Below, in pieces: positions 1 through 9,203 of a stretch of 64,000 bases of DNA (position 1 is the stretch's first letter; each line of letters begins with the position of its first letter). Position numbers and translations under genes: made by a program. The stretch comes from Methanotrichaceae archaeon (GTDB lineage: Archaea > Halobacteriota > Methanosarcinia > Methanotrichales > Methanotrichaceae). The stretch covers positions 64,001 through 128,000 of the forward strand of contig CAVVKN010000004.1 in the NCBI GenBank assembly GCA_963748825.1, in the 5' to 3' direction. The notes below the pieces were generated by a model. The model was not told the origin of the DNA and searched no databases. It was given only the letters and a program-made list of their open reading frames with translations.

Positions 1-81
1 GGCCCGATGGACCAGGGAATGAACAAAGGCCTGGCGGAAAACGGACGCGGGTCCGGTAGCCAGCAGCGAGGCGGAAGATAA
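1..81 (+). CDS. 3' end of a gene entering from the left (Gly/Gln/Met-rich tail ...GPMDQGMNKGLAENGRGSGSQQRGGR*)
   Basis: Open frame from base 1 to TAA at 79-81; GC-rich coding-like composition followed by AT-rich intergenic DNA. Confidence 0.45.
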   Translation, partial: GPMDQGMNKGLAENGRGSGSQQRGGR

Positions 82-204
82 GCAATAGCATTTGCCGAGT
101 ATTGCAGCCTTCAGAAGAGATGCGAGTGGCCTGCCAGCAGCATAGCCATCTGCCAACATCTAATTTTTGGCAATATTGAATTGAAGATTAATGGAGTGAG
201 GAAG

Positions 205-285
205 ATGACAGACAATGCCGTATTCCTTGTATTTTCGGTGAGCTTAGGCTTTGGGATGCTTCTGGTCTTCTCAGCTGCTGGCTAG
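205..285 (+). CDS. Possible 26-aa hydrophobic microprotein MTDNAVFLVFSVSLGFGMLLVFSAAG
   Basis: ATG preceded by GGAGTGAGGAAG; one hydrophobic stretch; too short for the ORF track. Confidence 0.3.
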   Translation: MTDNAVFLVFSVSLGFGMLLVFSAAG

Positions 286-621
286 AAGCAAAGGAGAAAT
301 GAAAATTCAGAGCGCCTACAACATAGATAGGGCCCGGAGATCTCCTGCGACTGTCCGGCTCCAGCTGTAATTCCTTTTTACCAACAGTGTTATGTTAATA
401 TTGTTGTTTTTCTCAAGTTAGTGAAAAAATAAAAATTAATCATAATGAACTTTAAATCAGAATGATACATACGAATGAATCCATAATGATTCTTATGCTA
501 ACGTTTATCCCCCGCATATGTACTCGAATGGAAATGATTGGTAGTCAAGCAGTGTTCAAAATTTCACCAATTAAGTTTATAATATAGGAGATCACACTTA
601 TTAAAAAAAGAGGTAAAAAAC

Positions 622-714
622 ATGAGTATAAAAACTATGGTGCTTATGCTGGCCCTGGCAATCGTGGCAATGCTGCCGGAAGTCTTGGCTCACGTCGTAG
701 TAGTAAAGATGTAG
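622..714 (+). CDS. 30-aa secreted micropeptide precursor MSIKTMVLMLALAIVAMLPEVLA|HVVVVKM
   Basis: GAGGT RBS 7 nt before ATG; TATA-like TTTATAAT at 576-583; signal-peptide n/h/c pattern ending V-L-A; T-rich tract downstream. Confidence 0.6.
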   Translation: MSIKTMVLMLALAIVAMLPEVLAHVVVVKM

Positions 715-809
715 AATCTCGATCTTCCAGGATTGTTTTCCTCATTTCTTCTTGCCAAAACAACCTATCTGGACAACCTATATCAATTCTCATAGCCTCA
801 AACAAAGCC

Positions 810-1754
810 ATGCGCATTAGCGAAGAGCAGTATGGCGATCACATCGGCTCATACATAAATGTCCTCTACCTCTGCCACAGGAATGCCGATCCAGACGCCA
901 TCGGTAGCAGCTTTGCCCTGAGCCAAGCCTTCGGTGGCACAATCGGCGCCGTGGATGATCTGAGCCGCACCGGCGTTTCCTTGACAAAGATCATTGGAGC
1001 CCGCGTCCTGATAAATCCGCGAGTTGAAGACTACGATCTGGTGGTAGTAGTAGACACCTCTGTTGGGACACAACTGGGCGACAGGCTGCCAGCCAAATAT
1101 GCCCTGGTGGACCACCATCTGGATGAAGGGCTGCTGGAGGACGCCCTCTTCTACATACAAAAGCCCGCCAAGTCCACGGCAGAGATCGTCTGGACGATTC
1201 TAAAAGAAAACGACAAGAAGGTCGACCGAAAAGCGGCCCTGGGACTTCTGGCAGGCATGATCGCCGACACCGGCCGCTTCAAGCGCGCTACACCTGGCGC
1301 TTTCCAGGCGGCAGCCGAGCTCTTAGATGCAGGAGGCTTTGCTTATGAAGAGGCACTGGAGGCCCTTTCTGTGCCCTCAGATATCTCTCAAAGAATTGCG
1401 GTCCTCAAAGCCGCCTCCCGGGCCGAGGTAGTGCGCCAGGGAGACTGGCTTGTCGCCTGCACAACTGTCAACTCCTTCGAGGGCTCCGCGGCCATGGCCT
1501 TGGTGGATTTAGGCGCCGACGTAGCCTTCGTGGCAGGACGGCATGGGAAGGGCGACACGGTCCGCATCAGCGCCAGGTCCAGCCGAGAGGCGGCCCGGAA
1601 GGGCTTGAACCTGGCAAAGCTCTTAGGAGAAGTGGGCAAAGCCTACGGGGGCGATGGAGGCGGCCACAGGTCGGCAGCCGCCCTGGAGGCAGTAGGCGAT
1701 CCTTCCGCTATCCTGGAAGCATGCCGAAAAAAAGTGGCCGAGAGCCTGCCCTGA
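810..1754 (+). CDS. DHH/DHHA1 family phosphoesterase (nanoRNase/pAp phosphatase-like)
   Basis: Motifs HRNADPDAIGS, VVVDT, DHH, DTGRF and GGGH. Confidence 0.9.
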   Translation: MRISEEQYGDHIGSYINVLYLCHRNADPDAIGSSFALSQAFGGTIGAVDDLSRTGVSLTKIIGARVLINPRVEDYDLVVVVDTSVGTQLGDRLPAKYALVDHHLDEGLLEDALFYIQKPAKSTAEIVWTILKENDKKVDRKAALGLLAGMIADTGRFKRATPGAFQAAAELLDAGGFAYEEALEALSVPSDISQRIAVLKAASRAEVVRQGDWLVACTTVNSFEGSAAMALVDLGADVAFVAGRHGKGDTVRISARSSREAARKGLNLAKLLGEVGKAYGGDGGGHRSAAALEAVGDPSAILEACRKKVAESLP

Positions 1755-1801
1755 AAAGGCTTCCTCCCAGCCGGTGCAGGCCTAAATACCGCTCTTATGG
1801 A

Positions 1802-1883
1802 TCAGTCAGGTCAGTGTAGATCTGTAGGGACCAGTCTAGGTCTGTACGGGTCAGTCTGAGTCGGTCAGGATCTGTCCGGGTCA
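1802..1883. repeat. Degenerate 10-bp tandem repeat (about 8 units, consensus about TCWGTNNRGR)
   Basis: TCAGTCAGG TCAGTGTAGA TCTGTAGGGA CCAGTCTAGG TCTGTACGGG TCAGTCTGAG TCGGTCAGGA TCTGTCCGGG between convergent genes. Confidence 0.75.
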
Positions 1884-3101
1884 ACTCTTGCGCGCCCGAA
1901 GAGCCGCCTTCTTGAGGGCTTCAATACCTGGCAGTGGCTCGCCCGAGAGATAGGTGATGGACGCGCCGCCCCCCATGCTCACATGAGTGAACTTGGACTC
2001 CAGGCCCAGCTGCTCAATGGCCGCCACGCTATGCCCTCCGCCGGCAATGGAATAGCCCGACTCTGTGGCCGCTTTCAAGAGCTCGGATGTGCCAAGCCGA
2101 AACTTCTCCTGCTCGAAGATCCCAGTCGGCCCATTGAGAACGCTAACCTTTGCCTCCCTCATATACTTGCAATAGCTTACAATTGTCTCCAGGCCGATAT
2201 CGGCTATGGGCAGATCTGTGGGGAGCTTGTCCACGGCAACTTCCACTCGCTCGCCATTCTGGTTCAAAGCTACATCCACGGGCAGTGCGATCTTACCCGG
2301 ATAATCATGCAAAAGCTTTGCCGCAATGGGAATTTGGTCCAGATACTCCTGATCCTCCACGAACTTGCGATTGGCCTCACCAACGTCAATGCCTGCCGCC
2401 ATCATGAAGACAGTGGCTACGACTCCCGAGGTCAGGATCTTATCTGCACCGCCGCGACTCAGAACGTTTTGAGTGACTTTAATGGAATCGTCCGCCTTCG
2501 TGCCGCCCAAAGAGAAGACAGTCGGATGCTCATTTCCCTTCAAGCCCTTATCCAGTGCCGTGATCTCCTTGTCCATGAGAATCCCGGCGTAGCTAGGCAG
2601 CACCTCGGTAAAGCCCACCACGGAACAGTGAGAGCGATGGGAAACTGCAAAAGCGTCATTTATGAAAAGATCAAACAACGGCGCCAGCTTCCTCACCATG
2701 TGGCTTTTGGCATGATCGGCAGGGCTTCGGTTCATGTTCTCTTCTGCATAAAAGCGGGTATTTTCCAGAAGAAGAACCTCACCAGGCGCCAGAGATTTTA
2801 TGGCGGTCTGGGCATTAGATCCGAAGATATCATCAATGTAGGCGACATCGCGGCGCAAGAGCCGCGTTGCCAGGCGGGCATGAGCCTCTAGCGTGGTATA
2901 ATCCTTCTTTCCGGCCCGGCTCTGATGCGCCATGAGAACCACCCGACAGTCCTCTAGAGCACGCAGAGTGTCTAAGTGGCTTTTTATGCGCTTATCATCA
3001 AGGATATTTCCGTTGGGGTCCATGGGAGAGTTGAAGTCCACTCTTACCAGGACCCTTTTATTATCAAGTATGGCGTCATTCATTGTGAGATAATCCTTCA
3101 A
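1881..3101 (-). CDS. pgk: Phosphoglycerate kinase
   Basis: RVDFNSP, LLENTRF, NDAFAVSHRSH and HVSMGGGASITYLSGEPLPG motifs; TTG start. Confidence 0.97.
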   Translation of the reverse strand: MKDYLTMNDAILDNKRVLVRVDFNSPMDPNGNILDDKRIKSHLDTLRALEDCRVVLMAHQSRAGKKDYTTLEAHARLATRLLRRDVAYIDDIFGSNAQTAIKSLAPGEVLLLENTRFYAEENMNRSPADHAKSHMVRKLAPLFDLFINDAFAVSHRSHCSVVGFTEVLPSYAGILMDKEITALDKGLKGNEHPTVFSLGGTKADDSIKVTQNVLSRGGADKILTSGVVATVFMMAAGIDVGEANRKFVEDQEYLDQIPIAAKLLHDYPGKIALPVDVALNQNGERVEVAVDKLPTDLPIADIGLETIVSYCKYMREAKVSVLNGPTGIFEQEKFRLGTSELLKAATESGYSIAGGGHSVAAIEQLGLESKFTHVSMGGGASITYLSGEPLPGIEALKKAALRARKS

Positions 3102-3538
3102 CTCAGTTCCTCCCGGTGTGGTTAGGGGGTTAACACAACAGATATATAGGCGTTGCTGATTTGATCCAGGCGATGGAGCAAATCTGCAGCCACAAGGCCA
3201 CAGAGAGATCTTTTTTGACTATCATGCCGCACCGTGAACACATCTGAGTGAAGTGAACTTGGGATCAATTGGCAACTAGCCTGATTGGAGAAATCGGTTC
3301 TTTTGTCTCCGATTCTTTCATGAATTCGAACCATGATTCGTTAACCTTAAGACCATCCTAAAACCCTTTTGTCATCAGAAGCGATTGTTATTCTTTTTGT
3401 GATCAATGACTCTTGGAAGTATCCTTTTTGTATGGATAACGACAAACGTCGAGAAAAGTCCTTATATGGGTTCGCCAAAAGCACCCCGAGAGATATCACA
3501 AAAGGAAAAACATCGTAGATCGGTCACAGAGTGATAAG

Positions 3539-6500
3539 ATGCAGAAGGCAATCTTCATTATGATCATAACGGCAGCACTTCTCTATGTGGGCGCTGCCGG
3601 CGGGGCAGAATATGGAAAAGAGCGCCCCATAGCCATCTTGGTGGGCTCGGAGCAGATGCAGCCTGCCATAGACGGACATATCGTAACATGGTCGGACAAC
3701 AGGAGTGGAAACTTTGACATATTCATGTACGACCTGGAGATCGGCCTGGAGAAATGGGTATGCATTAATCCGTTCTTCCAGATCAATCCAGCCGTATCTG
3801 TCGAGCGCATCGTCTGGCAGGACATGCGAGCCGGCAACGGGGACATTTACATGTACGATGCTGTCAACCGCACAGAATCAGCGGTAATTGCTGCCGAAGG
3901 CAACCAGACCCAACCCGACATTAGCAAAGAGAGAGTGGTCTGGGCCGATGACCGCGACGGCACCTATAACATCCGTCTCTACGACCTAACCACCAGGAAG
4001 GAGAGCATCGTTTCCACAGGGAAAGGAGAGCAGATTGAGCCCAAGATCAATGACGATAAGGTAGTCTGGATGGATAAGCGCTCTGGCGACTTTGATGTTT
4101 ACCTATATGATATTGCCAGCGGCAAAGAGTCAGCAGTCTCCACAGGACCGGGAGACCAATCATTTCCTTCCGTTTACGGAAACATCGTGGCATGGGCCGA
4201 TAATCGTACCGGCGAGTCCGATATAGCATTTATGGACTTGGCAACTCGAAAGACGACCACACTCACAAAACCAGGTATGCAGACCGATCCCAGAGTTTTC
4301 GGCAACTTTATTGCCTACCTCAACAACCGCACCGACATCAATCTTTATGACATCAAGAGCGGCGATGATTTCCCCTTGGCACCGGGAACCATGAAGATGG
4401 AGCCTGACATCAGCGACCGTGGCATCGTCTGGACGGAGTACAGGCAAGGTCCCAATGATCCGGATGTCCGGATGTACGACTTAAAGATTTTAGCCGATGT
4501 ATCAATAACCAACGGGCCTTTCAACCATACCAATCCCTCTCTCGCCGGGGACAACATCGTCTGGACGGATAACCGAAACGAATACTTCAACGTTTATCTG
4601 TTCAACATCACAACTAACAAGGAACAGAGCATTACCAATAGCGATTTTGATCACAGCAGCCCTGACACCAGCGGCGAAAATGTGATCTGGACGGATAAAA
4701 GCAAGGGAAACCTCAACATTTTCCTCTACAACCTTTTAACGAAAAAGATTACACAGGTGACCAATGGTTCATCCGACAACCGCTATGCAATGATCGACGG
4801 CAATAATATCATCTGGATCGATAAACGCTCGGGCAACGAAGAGATTTATCTCTACGACATCGCTAAAGGAAAGGAGAAGCAGATCACTACTGTAAAATCT
4901 CTGAAACTTTCGCCTGTGATAAACGGCGACAATATCGTTTGGATCGATTCCCGTAGTGGTGAAGATAAATGGGATGTTTATCTCTACAACTTGACCACTG
5001 GAGAGGAGACCGCTATCTGCACTAATCCTGCCAGGCAGGCTCAACCCTGGATCTGGGGCAATACCGTGGTCTGGGCCGACGGCAGAAACAAGAATTGGGA
5101 CATTTACACCTACGACCTCTCCACCAAAACAGAAAGAGCAGTAACAATCAACTCCGCCAACCAGGGCTATCCGACGGTATTCAATAACTATGTAGCCTGG
5201 CTGGATGTTAGAGGAGGAGATTCGGATATCTATCTCAATGATCTGGAAAAAGGAGTGGAAATACCAGTTGCAACACTTCCTATGCAGCAGACGCCCAATG
5301 ACGGCAAGGGCGATCCAGATCAAGTGAAGCCATACCTATCTTCCAAGGTCATATCCGATAACAAGATTGTATGGATGGATAACAATAATGGCTTTTCCCA
5401 GATCAAGATGAGGTACATCAACTCCGATCCGCTGCTTCTGCTCTCCACCGATTTCCCCAGCACCAACGGCAGCCTTCTGGTATGGAGCGACAACCGGAGA
5501 GGCAACTGGAATATCTTTGGCTTTGATTTCTTCACACGGGCGGAAAAGCCTATCTCCACAGGAGATTGGGATCAACTCTATCCCAAAGCTTCGGGGAATA
5601 CTGTAGTCTGGACGGATTATAGAAATAAGAACGCAGACATCTACATGAAGGATCTGACCACAGGCATCGAATCGGCCATAGTGACAGGCAAAGGAGATCA
5701 GACCTGGCCTTCCATCTCTGAAGATAAGGTCGTCTGGATGGACAACTCCAGCGGCAACTGGGATGTATACATGCAGGATCTGGCGAATGGCGAAAGCGTT
5801 GCCGTCTACAAGGGACAGGGCCAGCAGATGTATCCCATCATCAGCGGCAATCTGGTCGTCTGGCAGGACAACCGAAACGGCGACTTTGATGTCTATGTAA
5901 AAGACCTAATAACCGGAAATGAGACCAGACTAACAGAAGGCGGAGACCAGCTCTATCCCGACATATCCGGAAACACCATAGCCTGGGAAGACGCCAAGAG
6001 CAAAGATATTGCCTATTACTTCTGGGACAAAAAGTGGGGCAAGACCTATCCCCGGCCAGGAGAGCAGACGAATCCCGTAGTATCGGGAAAATATATTTCC
6101 TATGTTGATGGAACCGATCCGGACACATCCATTCGCAAGTTGGACATCTCCAACTGGAAGGATGAGCTGGTCCAGGTAGGGCCGGGCCAGGTAAAACCCA
6201 GCATGGATGAAAAGCTGGTTTGGCTCAACACCCATAGCGGCAGGCCGAGGACTGTGCCCGTGACCGCGGGTCAGAAGAGCATCATATGCAACGCACCCGG
6301 AGACCAGAGCTACCCTGTCGTGGGCGGCAACGACCAGGTAGGATACTACGTGGCCTGGATGGACAATCGCACCGGAAAACCGGATATCTATGTTTACAGC
6401 CTGGCTCAGGAACTGGAGCTACCCATAGCAGCCGGCCCGTATGAGGATATGTATCCGGATATCGATGGAAGCATCATCGCCTGGATGTCCAGAAATCCCA

Positions 6501-7183
6501 TGAACCAGTATAAAATCGAGGACTACTGGTCCATCCGGACCTTTGATATATCCATTGTCAATTCCACAGAGCTGGTCTACGGTTTGGAGAATGCCACAAC
6601 CATTTCCCTCAGTGCGGATAACCTGGCATATCTAAGAAAGAACTATTTCGGCTGGATGGTCTATGTGAGACCGCTCTATGAGAAAGAGGTCACCCCCGAC
6701 TATCCGCCCAATGGCATCAATCCGCGGACTGGAGGAGACTATGTAGTCTACCAGGACAACAAGAAGGGCAGCTGGGATATCTGGATGTGGAAGCTGGGGA
6801 AGAGTCCAGTGGCACTGGCAAGCGATGCCAGCGACCAGACGAATCCGGCTACGGACGGACATACTGTGGTCTGGCAGGACAATCGTAACGGCAATTGGGA
6901 TATCTTTGCCTACGACCTGAACACCAGCAAGGAAACACAGATAACCAACGATCTGGCGGATCAGACTAATCCCGATGTCGAAAACGGCGTCATTGTCTGG
7001 CAGGACAATCGTAACGGCAATTGGGATATCTATGTCTACGACCGTAATGTGCAAAAAGAGAAAGCTATTTGCACAGATGCAGGAAACCAGACACAACCTC
7101 GCATAAAGACGGGGCGAATCGTATGGACAGATGATCGCAGTGGAGACAAAGACATCTATCTTTACGAAAACTACATGCCATGA
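3539..7183 (+). CDS. Large secreted/cell-surface protein built of Methanosarcinales-type beta-propeller repeats (TolB-like)
   Basis: N-terminal signal peptide, then tandem ~41-42-aa repeats of the form P-I-G--IVWxDxRxGNxDIYxYDL over the whole 1214 aa. Confidence 0.9.
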   Translation: MQKAIFIMIITAALLYVGAAGGAEYGKERPIAILVGSEQMQPAIDGHIVTWSDNRSGNFDIFMYDLEIGLEKWVCINPFFQINPAVSVERIVWQDMRAGNGDIYMYDAVNRTESAVIAAEGNQTQPDISKERVVWADDRDGTYNIRLYDLTTRKESIVSTGKGEQIEPKINDDKVVWMDKRSGDFDVYLYDIASGKESAVSTGPGDQSFPSVYGNIVAWADNRTGESDIAFMDLATRKTTTLTKPGMQTDPRVFGNFIAYLNNRTDINLYDIKSGDDFPLAPGTMKMEPDISDRGIVWTEYRQGPNDPDVRMYDLKILADVSITNGPFNHTNPSLAGDNIVWTDNRNEYFNVYLFNITTNKEQSITNSDFDHSSPDTSGENVIWTDKSKGNLNIFLYNLLTKKITQVTNGSSDNRYAMIDGNNIIWIDKRSGNEEIYLYDIAKGKEKQITTVKSLKLSPVINGDNIVWIDSRSGEDKWDVYLYNLTTGEETAICTNPARQAQPWIWGNTVVWADGRNKNWDIYTYDLSTKTERAVTINSANQGYPTVFNNYVAWLDVRGGDSDIYLNDLEKGVEIPVATLPMQQTPNDGKGDPDQVKPYLSSKVISDNKIVWMDNNNGFSQIKMRYINSDPLLLLSTDFPSTNGSLLVWSDNRRGNWNIFGFDFFTRAEKPISTGDWDQLYPKASGNTVVWTDYRNKNADIYMKDLTTGIESAIVTGKGDQTWPSISEDKVVWMDNSSGNWDVYMQDLANGESVAVYKGQGQQMYPIISGNLVVWQDNRNGDFDVYVKDLITGNETRLTEGGDQLYPDISGNTIAWEDAKSKDIAYYFWDKKWGKTYPRPGEQTNPVVSGKYISYVDGTDPDTSIRKLDISNWKDELVQVGPGQVKPSMDEKLVWLNTHSGRPRTVPVTAGQKSIICNAPGDQSYPVVGGNDQVGYYVAWMDNRTGKPDIYVYSLAQELELPIAAGPYEDMYPDIDGSIIAWMSRNPMNQYKIEDYWSIRTFDISIVNSTELVYGLENATTISLSADNLAYLRKNYFGWMVYVRPLYEKEVTPDYPPNGINPRTGGDYVVYQDNKKGSWDIWMWKLGKSPVALASDASDQTNPATDGHTVVWQDNRNGNWDIFAYDLNTSKETQITNDLADQTNPDVENGVIVWQDNRNGNWDIYVYDRNVQKEKAICTDAGNQTQPRIKTGRIVWTDDRSGDKDIYLYENYMP

Positions 7184-7191
7184 GTGGTAAT

Positions 7192-7228
7192 GGGGCAGGC
7201 CGCCTGCCTGCCCATACACATTTTTTAT
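7192..7228 (+). terminator. GC-rich hairpin plus T-tract after the beta-propeller gene
   Basis: GGGCAGGC-CGCCT-GCCTGCCC followed by ATACACATTTTTT. Confidence 0.55.
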
Positions 7229-7328
7229 AATTATACGAATTTTTTAGACGGAGATCGAAGTCCGCCGGGGCAAAGTTTATTTATCCTCACTGCATTAGCC
7301 TTGCACTTAAGAACATTTGGGGCAATTC

Positions 7329-8222
7329 ATGGAGCTTGAAAATCTTCGATTTGGTACGGAACTGCTCAAGCGCGGTTTCGCAAAGATGCAGAAGGGCGGC
7401 GTCATCATGGACGTCACAACCCCAGAGCAGGCGGTTATTGCAGAAGAGGCGGGTGCTGTGGCCGTAATGGCCCTGCATGCCGTGCCTGCCGACATCAGAA
7501 AGATGGGTGGCGTGGCCAGGATGGCCCATCCTGAAATCATCGAGGCGATCATCGAGGCGGTGACTATTCCCGTCATGGCCAAGGCCAGGATCGGCCACTT
7601 TGTGGAGGCCCAAATTTTAGAGGCGCTGGGTGTGGATATGGTGGACGAGTCCGAGGTGCTCACTCCCGCGGATGAATTTCATATTGAGAAGACCAAATTC
7701 ACCATTCCCTTCGTCTGCGGCGCTCGAAACCTGGGAGAAGCTTGCCGGCGCATCAAGGAAGGCGCAGCCATGATCAGGACCAAAGGCGAAGCGGGAACGG
7801 GAGACGTGAGCCAGGCAGTTTTGCACATGAGGATGATCCATGGCCAGATAAGGAGCCTGAAGGGCATGGACGATCTGCAGCTTTTGAAGGTGGCACGGGA
7901 GATTGAGGCGGACCTGGATCTGGTCAGAGAGTGCGCCAGCATGCAGCGCCTGCCTGTGGTCAACTTTGCAGCGGGCGGAGTGGCTACACCAGCCGATGCG
8001 GCCCTGATGATGCAGCTTGGGGCGGATGGGGTCTTCGTGGGCTCAGGCATATTCAAGTCCGAAAATCCGCAGGCCATGGCAGGGGCCATCGTTGAGGCGG
8101 TACACCATTACGATGATGCGGCTCTTTTGGCCAGAGTATCCAAGGGTTTGGGTGCGGCCATGAAAGGGCTGGATGCTTCTACGATTCCCGAAGCGGAAGT
8201 TTTGCAGAATAGGGGCTGGTAA
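7329..8222 (+). CDS. pdxS: Pyridoxal 5'-phosphate synthase lyase subunit
   Basis: [29 protein letters not shown] and [20 protein letters not shown]; ATG 7329 preferred over TTG 7317. Confidence 0.97.
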   Translation: MELENLRFGTELLKRGFAKMQKGGVIMDVTTPEQAVIAEEAGAVAVMALHAVPADIRKMGGVARMAHPEIIEAIIEAVTIPVMAKARIGHFVEAQILEALGVDMVDESEVLTPADEFHIEKTKFTIPFVCGARNLGEACRRIKEGAAMIRTKGEAGTGDVSQAVLHMRMIHGQIRSLKGMDDLQLLKVAREIEADLDLVRECASMQRLPVVNFAAGGVATPADAALMMQLGADGVFVGSGIFKSENPQAMAGAIVEAVHHYDDAALLARVSKGLGAAMKGLDASTIPEAEVLQNRGW

Positions 8223-8804
8223 GTGGCAAGGATTGGCGTTCTGGCTTTGCAGGGGGACGTCTCGGAGCACGTCCTGGCCCTGGAGAGGGCAGGGCAGGGA
8301 AAAATCCAGGTAGTGGAAGTCAGAAAGAGCGGCCAGATCGAAGAGTGCCAGGCCCTGGTGCTGCCAGGCGGAGAGAGCACAACCATCTGCCGCCAGTTAA
8401 AAAGCAGTGGCCTCATTGAAGAGCTAAAGGCTGCGGCCTTATCCGGCAAGCCCATCATGGCCACCTGTGCTGGCCTGGTGCTGGTCTCCCAGGAGGTAGA
8501 GGGCGAGGGCCGCGTCAAACCTTTAGGCCTCATGGACATCAAGATCAACCGAAACGCCTTCGGGCCGCAGAGGGAGTCCTTTGAGGCGGATCTGCAAATA
8601 AAAGGTCTGGACAAGCCTTACCGGGCCGTTTTCATCCGCGCCCCGGCGATAGCCCAGGTGGGCAGCGGCGTAGAGGTGCTGGCGCGCGTGGGGGACGCGG
8701 TGGTGGCAGCGCGCCAGAAGAATCTGCTGGCTTTAGCCTTTCATCCTGAACTTACGAAAGACACACGGATTCATCAAATATTCCTAAAGATGTTGGAGGC
8801 ATAA
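8223..8804 (+). CDS. pdxT: PLP synthase glutaminase subunit
   Basis: GVLALQGD, PGGESTT, ATCAG, FIRAP and AFHPEL; abuts pdxS. Confidence 0.97.
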   Translation: MARIGVLALQGDVSEHVLALERAGQGKIQVVEVRKSGQIEECQALVLPGGESTTICRQLKSSGLIEELKAAALSGKPIMATCAGLVLVSQEVEGEGRVKPLGLMDIKINRNAFGPQRESFEADLQIKGLDKPYRAVFIRAPAIAQVGSGVEVLARVGDAVVAARQKNLLALAFHPELTKDTRIHQIFLKMLEA

Positions 8805-8805
8805 G

Positions 8806-9162
8806 ATGTTCTCAGAGACAGATCTGGTAGCCAGAAGCAAAGAGGATATGACCCGCGAGGTTGAAGAGCTGCAGGCCGATGCCAAGCGCTTGAAAGAGGA
8901 GCATGATGCTGCCTTACAAAAAGAGATGGAGCTTCGGGCCAAGTCCGTGGAGACCAGGACGGGCGATGCCGCGCTGGCGGAAAAGCTCTGGCAGGAGGCG
9001 GAAGAGCTGCGGGACAGCTCCAAGGAGATGCTGAGCATTTCCATGGAGAAGAGGCTGCGGGCGGCCGAAGTGCAGCACCGCATCGATATTCACGACCAGA
9101 TCGAATCCATAGATAATAGCGACGAGGTCTGGCGGAAGGCGGCGAGAGCGGGAAGGAGCTGA
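8806..9162 (+). CDS. Hypothetical charged coiled-coil protein, likely co-transcribed with pdxST
   Basis: 118-aa E/K/R/A-rich helical ORF starting 1 nt after the pdxT stop. Confidence 0.7.
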   Translation: MFSETDLVARSKEDMTREVEELQADAKRLKEEHDAALQKEMELRAKSVETRTGDAALAEKLWQEAEELRDSSKEMLSISMEKRLRAAEVQHRIDIHDQIESIDNSDEVWRKAARAGRS

Positions 9163-9203
9163 AAAAAAGGCAATCCTTTTTTCTCTAACATCTATTCATA
9201 TTT

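Noticed and set aside
1802-1883. Possible CRISPR array
   Set aside because: Units are 10 bp, contiguous and degenerate, with no spacers; no cas genes in the window
1983-2891. Long antisense ORFs (e.g. 1983-2891, 34568-35470, 41831-42553)
   Set aside because: Shadow frames opposite well-supported GC-rich genes, with no motifs
3122-3334. 70-aa ORF upstream of pgk
   Set aside because: No motif or clear RBS; lies in the divergent promoter region
6869-7031. Possible DGR template/variable repeat pair
   Set aside because: The copies are in-frame protein repeats with no adenine-specific mismatch pattern, and there is no reverse transcriptase
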